This document shows, one piece after another, positions 25,894 to 37,299 of a stretch of 64,000 bases of DNA (its first letter is position 1; every line of letters begins with the position of its first letter). The stretch is taken from the NCBI RefSeq assembly GCF_009914755.1, contig NC_060936.1; one strand, 5' to 3'. The notes under the pieces are model-generated. The model searched no databases. It worked only from the letters and a program-made list of their open reading frames with translations, and was not told where the DNA came from. Both the position numbers and the translations under genes were made by a program. Origin of the DNA: the human T2T-CHM13v2.0 reference genome, Homo sapiens.

Positions 25894-27359
25894 TTTAATC
25901 CACAGATATATTGAAAACTGGTTTTTGATGAAGGTACAAAACAAACTCAGTGGATAAAGTATAGTGTTTTTAATAAGTGGTGTTGGAACAACTGGGTATT
26001 CATAAGGAAAAATAAAAACTTCGATCTCCACTTTGCCTCATATGCTAATATTGATTCAAAATGGATCACAGACCTAAATATAAACCCTAAAACTAAAAAA
26101 GTTCTAGAAGAAAACAGAAGAAAATCTTTGTGGTGTTGGGTGAGGCAAATATTGCTTGGATACTACAGCAAAAGAATATAAAAGAAAAAATAAGTTGATT
26201 TCATCAAAAATTGTCAAAAGACATTTTAAAAAGCATAAATAGTCAAGACACAGGTTACAGAAAATACAAATCATATATTGATAAAGAACTTATAATCCGA
26301 AAATATATAAAAGACTCTCAAAACTCAATAATAAAAAAAGAAATAACCCAATTTAAAAATGGGCATGAGATTTGTACAGACATTTCACTAAAGAAGACAT
26401 GGAGATGGCAAATAAGCATATGAAAATATTCTCAACATCATTAGTCATTAGGTAAACGTAAATTAAAATGACAGATAAACCTATCCATTAGAATGACTAA
26501 AATTAAAAAGACCAGCCACATCAAGTGACAGCCTGAAGGAACTGGAAATACTATTGTATTCTCCTGGTAGGAAAACACTGGCAGTTTCATAAAAAGTTAT
26601 ATGTGCATCTACCCTATGATCCAGTCATTCCCATTCTAGGTATTTACTCAAAAGATATTCAAGAATATGGCCATAAAAAGTTTGCATACAAATGTTCATT
26701 ATCTGCTTTATTTGTAACAGCCGATCTAGAAACAACTCAGATATTTATCAACAGATGAATAAAACTGATGAACAAACAAATACATAAAATGGGATATTGC
26801 TCTGCAATAATAAAGAATGTATTATGTGATACACACAATGACATGGATAAACCTAAATAATTATGGTGAGTAAAACCAGATGCCTCCGTCACAAAAAAGA
26901 ACATTGAAAAAAATAAATGTGTATAATCACATTTGTATAAAATTCTAGAAAATGCAAACTAATCTATAGTGACAGAAAACAGATAGGGACATGAGAAAAC
27001 TTTTAGGGGTGAAGGGTATGTTCACTATTTTGATAATGGTGACTATTTTTTGGATCCATACATATGTCAATACTTACCAAATTGTATACTTCGAATATGT
27101 GCAGTTCATTATCAGTTATATCTCAATACAGTTGTTAGAAACTCATTGTACAATATGTATATGATTTGTTTTTCTCCTTTACTAAAATGTATGCTCCTTG
27201 CAACCTGGATTTTCTCTATTTACTGCACTGTTACATTCTCAATGCCAAAAAAATAATGACTGGCTGTCAGAAGGTGCTAAATAAATACTTTTGTAATGAA
27301 GAGTCTTACAAGGATGTAGACTACAGAAGAATAGATTTTGGTTGGACTGAGGAAAATAT

Positions 27360-28220
27360 CATTAATTTGAAAATGTGAAATTAAGCTGTTTGTGGTAGCT
27401 TCAAGTGAAAATGGTGAGTGAAAAGTTGTAATAGATGAGTTTATGGACGGAAGATAAAAATTTGGTGACCACGAGCATTTCAGTAGCAGTCAAAGCCATT
27501 GACCTGAATGAAATTACTCAAAGAAAACTGGCAAAATAGAAGGTAAAACGCCCAACAGAACCGGCAAGATAATCATCATTTAAGGCAAGCGCAAAGGAAG
27601 AAGATGATATAAAGGAGCTTAAGATAGGGTAGCTAGAAAGATAAAGAAAAAACTAACCTAACATTTCTTAAAAGCCAATAGAGGTAAAAATTGTGAAAAG
27701 GAGGAATTAGTCAATACCTCACATTCAGCAGAGACACCAAGTAAAACAAGGGCTGCATCCTTGTTCCTGGACATGGCAAATGAAAAGATCTGGGGTCTTG
27801 GTTAGAACAGAATGGTTGCAGGGCTGGTGGCAAAGGCAAGATCTCAGTAAATTTTTTGAAAAAAAAAAGTTTTCATTGATCAATGAAACAAAGGCTTTGT
27901 TTTAGGAAAACATGATCATTGCACAGGAGATAAATTTAAAAACAGAATCAGGAAGGAAGACTACTTGTAAAGCAATGTATGAGAGTGAGGTGAAGAGGAA
28001 TTGTATAAAAATGGTCAGTGGAATAACAAAATTAAAAACACTGAGCAAGATCACAGAAAAAATACTGTGTAACTTATTAATGTATTTGGTGTAAATGTCA
28101 AAATAGATGAAGGACTAAAGGGTGGTTCCATGTTTATAGTCATGACGAACTGGGAAAATCGGGATAATAAGAATAGCAGTGAGAAAGTTGGGAATGAGAC
28201 CTGGTTAGAGGAGGAGAGGG
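27360..28220 (-). mobile_element. L2 fragment(s)
   Basis: Antisense L2-like motifs (aaagccattgacctgaatgaaattactcaa, aaagccaatagagg, aggaggaattagtcaa). Confidence 0.6.
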
Positions 28221-29839
28221 CAACATTTTAACTTACTAAGTATTTTTATTATACTCTAATTTCCCTTTCCAAAGTTTTAGAAATATCTGCAAAGGTGTAT
28301 GTACATAATGAATGTATATTTCATGAAAAAAAATTCTACACAGTCATTGGATTTAAAAAATATTGATATGCCAACCTAATGAGACAGTGTATCATCTACA
28401 ATTTATTTGGGTGTTATTGGTAACATCATAGCCAAAATATCAATTAACTATTTACAATTGAAGAAAAGTCCTCTCTGATACATTTGTTGAAACTTTAACT
28501 ATTTTGAAGGTGGTAGTAGTGATGATGATGATAATGTGTGAGGTTTTTTTTTGTTTTGTTTTGTTTTTTAAGAAATCTTGATGTGATAGCAGTGTCCGCA
28601 GGGAATCATATTAGTTGTTTGGTGTTTGAAAGGCAACTCCTTTTTCCTGAACTACTCAAACAGCAAAATGAACACAATATACTCTGCAGTTACTGCTATG
28701 CCCTCAAGCTTGGGTTGGAAGTTGAAATGAAAAACTTCTCACTGCAGTTCTTTTTAATTAGGACTGCAGAAAACCTGTGGATAGACAACGTCTCTCTCTC
28801 TTGAAAGTGAGTTCATAGAATACGATGCAAGAAGTAAAAAAATAAATAAATAAATAAATAAAATAAGCTTACTATTTCTCAAGACCATATAAAATATATT
28901 TATTCTATCATAATATGTTTGATAGTCTCCCTATATCTTATTTCTGGCTTTGAAGAAGCAAAGAAAATGTCTCATTGAATTCATTAAAAAGTATTCAAAC
29001 ATTTAAAACTCCCAGTCTTCCTCTATCACTGAAGGGCTTTCAACTGATTTGTTTTCCAACACACCAGCATTTTCTATTCTGTAGAAATCTTATCTCAAAT
29101 CTTTATGAAATTCTTTAGGCTTTCATTACTATCCTATGTTTTTAAATAAAAATGAAAGTTGACATATGTCATGGGTACAACTAATATTTTTAGAGTTCAA
29201 AGATTTTTGTTCATTAATTAGTTAAAAGCATATTACAGCATTTCACACGTCATTGATTAAAGAGGTATTTTGTCTGTGTATTCCCAATCCAGCATGACTT
29301 TCATGAACATTTTATGAGTTTTTATCCGGTAGGTTTTAGCTACCTTGAGCAAAAGTTCTTTCATGACCCTCAGAGTGGGGTGTCCCCAGAAAGTGAGCTC
29401 TGAGTGAGTCATACATCTTAGCCAGCCTTGCTTTGCTCCTGACCTGCTTATCTTATCTGTGCCCTGGATTCCCCACCTGTGAAATGGAGATACTTTTTGC
29501 TTGTACAGACCTGACAGGTTTAAAATAAAACAATAACAGAACATCACCTTTAAAGTGTTTCAGAAAAAAAGCTATACATGAATAAAAGTTAACATGCTTA
29601 CCCACCAACATGAACACATTCGATTTATTGTTGTTACCATAGTTGTTCTGTTTTTGAAAAAAAAATCATCTTAAATTTGATAAAGGTTTTTGAACATGTC
29701 ATCATACTGGAAGCAATGCCATAGGACAGGATAGTATTGTTTTATTTGATAAGACTTTGTTATAAAATTGAGCACAGAAAACAAAATGAGGGGGCTTTAC
29801 TGCACTTCAGCACTGGCACAGGAAAAAAAAAAAGAGAAT

Positions 29840-30460
29840 TGTAATCATATCTAATTAGAGTTAAAATAATGTTTCCCTTTGAAATGTTTAATTAGCTCTG
29901 TTTTATTACAAAAACATTCTTGATGTGGAGCACAGTGTTGAGCTCGAAGACTCTGATGAGTTAAATGGTGTAAAGTGTTCTCACGCCCTATGTGGAGCAG
30001 AACCTGACCAGGAGTGGCTGTTGTCAGCAGATGTCTGGACCACTGGGGAAACCATGATGCTTGCTCCAAGCAGCAGGCCATCATTTCAACCTTTGTTGCT
30101 TCCACCAAACCTCCCATTGTGCTTTCAATTTAACAGCATCACAAGCAGACAAAGAAATTTCTTACAATTTGCCCTTCAGTTCAGAGACGAATCCTATTTA
30201 AACTTGTCTAACCTCTCATAACATATTAGTTATTGTTGCCAGCCTGCGTGTGTCCTCTGGCAATGAGCTACTCATTCTGGGAGAAGGAGGGGGTGCCCTT
30301 CAGTTTGATAAAGCAAGACCAGATTTACTGGCACACTTACAGGAGGCTTGTCTCAAGACTGCAGCAAATTTAATTAACCTTATTACAAATATGGGTTTCT
30401 TGATGATTACATCACAATTTGGTATTACTTTGCCTACTGCTGTTTCAAAGTAATATGTGC
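29840..30460. promoter_or_regulatory. Candidate conserved non-coding enhancer
   Basis: Repeat-free, with the TCTAATTAGA palindrome (29850-29859), TTAATTAG, TTTTATTA, TTTAATTAA, ACAAAG and TTCAAAG motifs. Confidence 0.4.
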
Positions 30461-31504
30461 TTTCTAAAATAGTTTTCTAGAAAACGCCAGGATATTGGAA
30501 GTAGTAAACTTATCCTAGCCATGACCTACCCTATCTATGTCCTGTTCTCACACATACATAGGTTATCAACATCTTCTTTCCTGCATCCTATGACCTTACC
30601 TCTGTTCTTGCACACTCCACTGAAATAATGGCAAGAGGTAACTTTACATTAGAACTAAAGTGATTCTGGGACAGTAAACATACATCAACACTCTGCTGTG
30701 GAAATCGATGCCAGACTAATTGCTGCCCTAAATTCTTACCAAAGAGATGATCCTGATCTGTGAAAAGTACAACGAATTTTATCACTTTCAAAGTGCCAGT
30801 CAGGCCTTTTACAAATAAAATGTTCTCACTTGAATACACACACACACACAATCACGCACACAGACAAACCCCACTCAATACGTGTTTATCTTCAAAGAAC
30901 CTTCCTCTCCCCAATCCCTGAGACCTTCAGTCTCTCTCTAGAAGTAAATTCGGAGCTTGAGAAGGAACATTCCATCTTTCATCCCATCAGACTAACCCTT
31001 AGTATGCCCAGGACCAGCGTCAGCACCACCTCCAATGTAATGTGCTTTCCTCTCTGCAAACAGCTTATGAGATTCTTCTTCCTCTAGATTTCCCAGGTTA
31101 TCTAGGAGAGCAGTAGTAAACTACACCTCACCCACAAGCAACTCTCAAGGTTCCTTGAGCTCTCAAAATATGCATGTAGCCTTTTGCTTATATGTGTTAT
31201 CAGCCAATGGAAACATCTGTTATTGAGTGCTATTCAGATCTAGGCCACTCACTTGACTTTAGTTGGTGGTCAAAGGTATAAGGCATTCTCAGCCCTGCCT
31301 AGAGCCCATTACTGACTATTATGAAGTTTTATTCCCAATAGAAGGTTCTGGTTGGCAGGAAGAAGATACATGCGTAATGCAAAGGCTCAGTAAACAACAA
31401 AGAACTGAAGAGTGTTACTGCACCTTCCTCATTGCTATATGGAAAGGTTCAATCACTAAAAGTCTGGCTCATACCACTTTTAAAAGGGTAAAAGAGAAAA
31501 ATTT

Positions 31505-31800
31505 GTAAACAAGTTAGGTGTCCAACAGCCAGGGAATTGTTAACCTAATAACTCATTCAGTGCAATGTTTGGGAGGCATTAAAAAAATTTATGAAGAGTT
31601 TCTAACAACAGAAAAATGCTTAGGCTTTCATTTTAAGTGAAAAGGGCAGGATATAAAAGTGTATAAACAACATATAAAAAACCAAATACTTGGATGAGAA
31701 AAAAATACATTTAAAGTGGTGAAGTAAAGAAGCATTTTTGTTTCTCTTCTTTCTTGGGCTCTGATTTTTCATAATATAATAATACAATTCATAAATTACA
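31505..31800 (+). mobile_element. Old L1M 3' UTR fragment
   Basis: tgtccaacagccagggaattg...ttaagtgaaaagggcaggatataaaa resembles L1MC/L1ME 3' ends. Confidence 0.5.
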
Positions 31801-32936
31801 CTGATAGAATTAATAATAATTATGTTATTAGATATGGAAAATTGGGTATAAACTTTATTTGGAAAATTAAAAAATTATAAAACTTGTCAGAGGATTATAA
31901 AAGTAAATCATGCCTTTTGATCAGAAATAAAGTCACAATATATTATTGGATAACCACTGTGAGACTACTTCCTTCATTATTTTCACTTGGTCCTCTAGTA
32001 TTGGCTGAGTACTTGAAATTGAACATAAATGGGTGTATCCTCCTTGAAAACAGGCATCATCGTACGCTAAGCACAGCTCAGACAAGTCTCATCACAGTAA
32101 AAGTCCTCTATAAATATTTGAAGAGTGAATATAATGAACACTATTGATACATATTATTTTCAGGGGTTTCATGCAAACAAATTACACATACATCAACCTA
32201 TGTAGAGATGAGAATTTAGTCAGCCATACCCTGCTGGTAGTAGGGGGAATAGAAAAAAAACATATTCATAATTGCTAAGACAAATGAAAAATGTTCCCAT
32301 TTTTTTCTTCTATTATCAAGTGTTTGTCAAACTATTTTGAGTATTTTTAAAGAGCTTCCAAACTTCTTCATTATCAAACTTCTTATTTTTTTGACATTGT
32401 TTCCATAATTTTGCTGTCATGACATGAGTTATTTTAAAACTCAAAGTAACTCAACCCACAATGTTGCTCCCACGAAAAAAACCTTTGGGTTCAGAAGTAC
32501 AGAAAGCAAAATTAGCAATCTAGGGCCCTTTCCTGCCCACATGGTGGCCTTCCTGCAGAAAAACTTCTTTCCTTGAAGCATGTCAAGTCCTCTTCCCTTA
32601 AACTGTCTAAAGGACTATGATGAGATGTTTTAGGTTAACAATTAGCTTTCAAACACAAAAGATAAAGTAAGGTGAATGAGTTCAAACCCATCTCTTTTCA
32701 ATACTTAGTTGAGCTGTGCTAACGAAATGAGACTTTTAATTGGGTATGGAGAGAAAGTACATGGTTAAGCATGGAGCAGTTTGAGGAAGGAGGGCAGGCC
32801 TGCACATGGGCATCTGGACAGCGGCTCTAGAGCATCAGGTCCTTGAGAGGTTAGGAGGAACAGTAGCAGGAGGTGACAGTAGATATAGAAAGAGCGGTAA
32901 CAATGCAGCAAATGCAAATACTTCTATTTTGAATGC

Positions 32937-33413
32937 TGTTTATGGACGCTATTTCTGCTCAGACCTGATGCTCTCTTTAGTGGTTCAGAGCACCCAACTC
33001 CCAGTGGCTATGGGCCTTGTTTCTCGTGCTTAGCACTGTGAATTTTCCTCCGAGCACACATTAGGCTACTAAGGCCTCTTCCACTGTAGGAACATGGAGC
33101 GGGAAGTGCCTGGGAGTCGGTGTTTCATCCCGTTACCTGTAGGCTTATAGCCAAAGACTGCCTAGTAGGACAGTGTGAAAGCCCAGTGCCCTTGCCTGAG
33201 ATGATAACAACCCAGAGGTATAATTTATATTCCACAGCTCCCCTCAAGACTACATCAGGACTTCTGAAAGCATAACCTGCTTGGCCTCTGCCCTTCCCTG
33301 TCCTGCCGCCCCCACCCCTTTACTGGTTTCTCCTGGGAGCACTTCCTTAATAAATAACAAGCACATGAATCCTAGTGTCAAGGACTGCTTCTGGGGAACA
33401 ATAATATAATACA
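32937..33413 (+). mobile_element. Solo LTR16-family (ERVL) LTR
   Basis: Characteristic 3' end ctcctgggagcacttccttaataaa...gcacatgaatcct...ctgcttctggggaac...aca, with TG/CA termini. Confidence 0.85.
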
Positions 33414-34499
33414 ATACACCTTGGAAAGCAAGACTTGTTACCATTTTACTTTTCTCCTCCTTGACATTTTCTGTTCCTGTATTCATTCCTCCCTGATATC
33501 AGTTTCCAGAACTTACAACAGATAATTATTCCTAATGTTTATCTGCTGTATGTATTAAAACAGCTGTACCCAGCATAATTCTAGCAGAACTTAATGCTTA
33601 AGAAACTATAATACAATTAATTTATGTACTCATATATTTCATTGCAAAGATAAATATACATCTTATTTTCTCAGATACAACAATTAATGAGTTCAATGGC
33701 TTACTTCTCAAAAGAAGAGCATAAGTTGTCCATAATAAAAGAAATATAGGAATTTTAAAGGTATTACCATATTCTTTCTACAGCATTAAAAATCTATGCA
33801 TGGAATAGTTAATTGAGAAGGTAAAACTTGTGAGAAAATGTCTTTTGGTAAATAATGGTGTTTTATCACATGAATTGAGAAGGGTGCATGCTATGAAAAC
33901 AATATCCAAATTATCTGCAGTGTTCCAAGTTATAGGACATATTCTGTTTTATGTTTGTCCATGATGATTACAACTTATTTCTGCTTAGCATTTAGTACTT
34001 CTCTTTGATTAGTCTAATGATATTTTACTTTCTCATTTCCAAGTGTTTATCTTCAGTGTTTTCTTTCCATTTTCATTGTAGTAGAGTTTCATTTTGACTT
34101 CATAATCTATTTGATCTCCATTTTTGTTTCATTAGCATTTCTATGGTATCGTGGCATTCCTATACATAGTTAAGCATTTTAAACTTCTTAAAATGTATAA
34201 ATATTTGATTAAGTAAATATAAATCCAAAACATTAAAATCCTTCATTGAGCTAAATTAATGCCCAGAATTGCATACAATTATTATAACACACTTAAATAC
34301 TGCACTAAGTTAGTTCAAAGTTCAAGGTAGGTGAAATACCTTTAACATTCCACTCTGCAGAATCTATAAGCTTAATTAAAACAATAATTAAACAAATGCA
34401 GAGAAACAAATACAACTTATATAGTCACAACTTGTTTCTCACCTTTCAATGTCAACAGGTATAATTTACTAATCTCTAAATGCTTACTTGTTCAATGGG

Positions 34500-35165
34500 G
34501 CAACGCAACTGTTTTAAATAGATACCTAAATGGGATTTGGTTGGATAGATTGAAGATCCAGCTCATTACAGTTATCCTATGGGTCAATGTACTCTGAATT
34601 TCAATAAGTGATTTGCCAATGAATTCCTATTAGACAACCTGTCCTAATAGAAGCCTTATAGGCAGTGCCTTCACATTTTGTAGATAAATAAATTAGTCAG
34701 CTAAGTCATTCCCCTTGATACCATCTGTCCTATTAAGGGAAGCACCAGTATTTATGGCATTAAAATCGTATCTCACCCAAGAACAAGAAATAGAGTAATA
34801 ACATGGCGCCGCACATGGGCTTCTGCCTCCATGAGTCAGAGTTTGCCTCTCCTTCTTTTACACTTCCTTTGTCTCTGTTCTACACAATAGCCATGAATGT
34901 TCCAAAATAAGGTAGTATATAGGATTCTGTGTTAGTGTTTACTATTTCAGAGTACCTCATTTTTATTTTACTTTTGTTCCTTTAAAAGGAGAGTCTTGAA
35001 GACTCAGGTTAGAGGTGAACTAGTTATTAAAGTAAAGGCAATTTCTACCAAGGTCAGTTTCTTCACAGGAAAAATCCAACACATTTAGAAAACCAAAACC
35101 TTTCAAATGATTTTACTAAATTAATTAGCATGTAGGTCATACTAGCATTCCCATAAAAGGGGGCA
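34500..35165. promoter_or_regulatory. Candidate SRF/AP-1/YY1 enhancer
   Basis: Perfect CArG boxes CCTATTAAGG (34729-34738) and CCATAAAAGG (35151-35160), E-box CATCTG (34722), AACATGGCG (about 34800) and TGAGTCA (34832-34838). Confidence 0.4.
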
Positions 35166-35762
35166 AGGCAGTAGAAAAGGCGGCATATCATTTTATTGCT
35201 TTATACCACAATAGCTAATGCAATAAAAATGTTTATTTAATAAAACAAAAATCCTTGATCCTCCTGGCATTGACAAACCATTAGTACTATATTTTAAAAT
35301 TTCAGAATTTCATTCTGACCAGGGAAATATTTTACAAAATAAATACGACTGAATTATTGCTGCTCAGGAGGTCACAGGAATAACTAACATTTACCCAGAA
35401 TGAATACATATTTGAAAAAAAGTCTTAATTTTATAGAAATTCATCAATACATATTTGTAACTTTCTTGGTATGTCAAATCACAGTAATCTTTATGCCATT
35501 AAACGTAGCTTTGAGGTATGGGTAACAGTTTAATAAGACTGCTTTTTAGACATACTTTCAAATGGGGTTTGCCCCTTCAAAATAGTCTCCTTGAAAACAA
35601 CAAACTTATTCCAGTAAATCTATTGTTCAAATTCTTTTTGGAATTTTCACTCAGAAACTGCCACATATTCTTTGAGATACACCTCAAAAAGCAAAACTCC
35701 TCTGAAGGCCTATGTGATTTTAGAGAAACAAAAGTCATTTTGAGCCCCTTGCTCTCTACTAA

Positions 35763-35856
35763 CTTAGGTGACAGCATTTATGTCACCTAAGCAAGTATGT
35801 CATTTATGTCAGCAAGTACGTTAGGTGACTAACATACTTGGTTAACATTTGGTTAA
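35763..35856. repeat. Patchwork of short direct and inverted repeats
   Basis: 11-bp inverted repeat CTTAGGTGACA/TGTCACCTAAG, plus duplicated CATTTATGTCA, AGCAAGTA, TTAGGTGAC and TTGGTTAA, and inverted CAAGTATGT/ACATACTTG. Confidence 0.9.
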
Positions 35857-36134
35857 ATTTTTGAGATGTTCTTATCAAATAATGAATCAATGAAGTTGGT
35901 TTCTTATATAGCTTTAAAGTTGTTTTGAAATTAAAAACAAAATAATACTTTCAAAATTACTTCGAATAGTAGCCTATAAGGATCAAAGCAATCATTTTGA
36001 AAAATGGCATTAATTTGGAGTGATATGATGTGTGTTGGCATGAAATGATTCTCAGGTATATCATGTGCATAGGAATTTGGTAATCTATTATTTCCATTCA
36101 TTATATCTAATTCCCTGACTTCTTGACAAGTCTT

Positions 36135-36285
36135 TATTTCATTCACTCACTCATCTATCCATCCATCCATCCATCCATCCACTTAACCATTCATTCCTTT
36201 ATCCATCAAACATTCTCTGAACTATTACAATGTGTCAGGCTAAATTCAAGGCCAGAAGTTAAGTAAAACAAGGTCCCTGCTTCTC
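36135..36285 (-). mobile_element. L2 3' end with (CCAT)n/(TCAT)n tail microsatellite
   Basis: ttcattcactcactcatctatccatccatcc...catcaaacattctctgaactattacaatgtgtcaggc. Confidence 0.65.
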
Positions 36286-37299
36286 TTCTGTCTCCTTGGA
36301 TTTTTCCCATAAATATTACAAATTCAACTCTCTGTTCTTAAATAAAAAATTGCTGAAAATAATTTGAATCTTAAGAAAAATATTTATTTTGTAACAAACT
36401 CTATTCTAAGAGAAAATATTCAGTGAATTTACTAACTTTGAGATCTTGTGTTTTCCCTGTTACTGTCAACAACTAGAGTAACCTGTCACTTGGTTCTGAA
36501 ACTCAATAAATTTTTCCCAATGAACTCATTATCCATCAATTAGGCATAGAAATGACTTAATCACCCAGCATCTCATTAACTGAACTCTTAACCATATATT
36601 ATTTTCTAAGCCTAATTTTAGAAGATAGCATATGATAAAACAAATTCATCTATCAGCTCATTTTAAGGAACACGTTCCAGATAATATTCTGGGATCAGTA
36701 TCATTCAACCTAACACAACTCATTCAACACTCAAATATGAGTAATTGACAAGGTGAATAATTATGCAGAAACATGATGCTGACAGACTGCAAAGATCTGT
36801 AATCCTTATGGATGAAACATTATTCAGAATACAGTACTTGGACGAAAAGTATATTCTCCCCAGTGTTTTCAACAACAACAGATAACGGGAAAAATATTTT
36901 TAACCAGGATGTGCCTTTAGGCAAAGCTTCTCATCTCTGGGTATCCAAAAATTAAAGTTCAATACAAATAACCATTACATATAGAAAAGCACAAGCAGAA
37001 TCTACTAATTACTGCCATATAGATCACTCCCTCGAACAATAGAAAAAAAAAATTAACATCTTAGCTTTCAGCTTTACATGCCACTATTTTCTGTTAGGAA
37101 ATCATGAAATGATAAAACTGTCAAAGGTATTTTTTTTCTAGAAAGAGGTTAGTAAGTTTTAGTGATAATAAATGAATACATAAGAAATTACTTGAATGTA
37201 GTTAGACATGTTAAATTTTACAATATTCCTGAAGTCTTAATGTTCATAACATCTATAGTAGGAAAAATATATAGAAGAAAAAGAATCACTATCAGTCAT

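Larger units (their letters stand above)
19520..27137 (+). mobile_element. Near-full-length ancient L1M (L1MD/L1ME-type), inactivated, with 5 nested Alus
   Basis: 5' end carries CAAGATGG (19528). ORF1 remnant at about 21102 (gcagatttctcatcagaaacaatgcaag, ADFSSETMQ). ORF2 starts at 22289 reading MVDLNPTMTITTLNVNGLN. RT motifs tatgaggccagtat, atgaacatagatgcaaa and ggaatttataccaggaatgcaagg are present. L1M-type 3' UTR (aaatgcaaactaatctatagtgacagaa) ends at about 27137. Confidence 0.92.

Noticed and set aside
20596-26423. ORFs within the L1 region
   Set aside because: They are broken, out-of-frame or antisense pieces of a dead L1 and of the purine microsatellite. There is no intact ORF1 or ORF2.
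34488-34508. Possible 21-nt minus-strand micro-exon (LRCPIEQ) with a GTAAGC donor
   Set aside because: The acceptor lacks a real pyrimidine tract.
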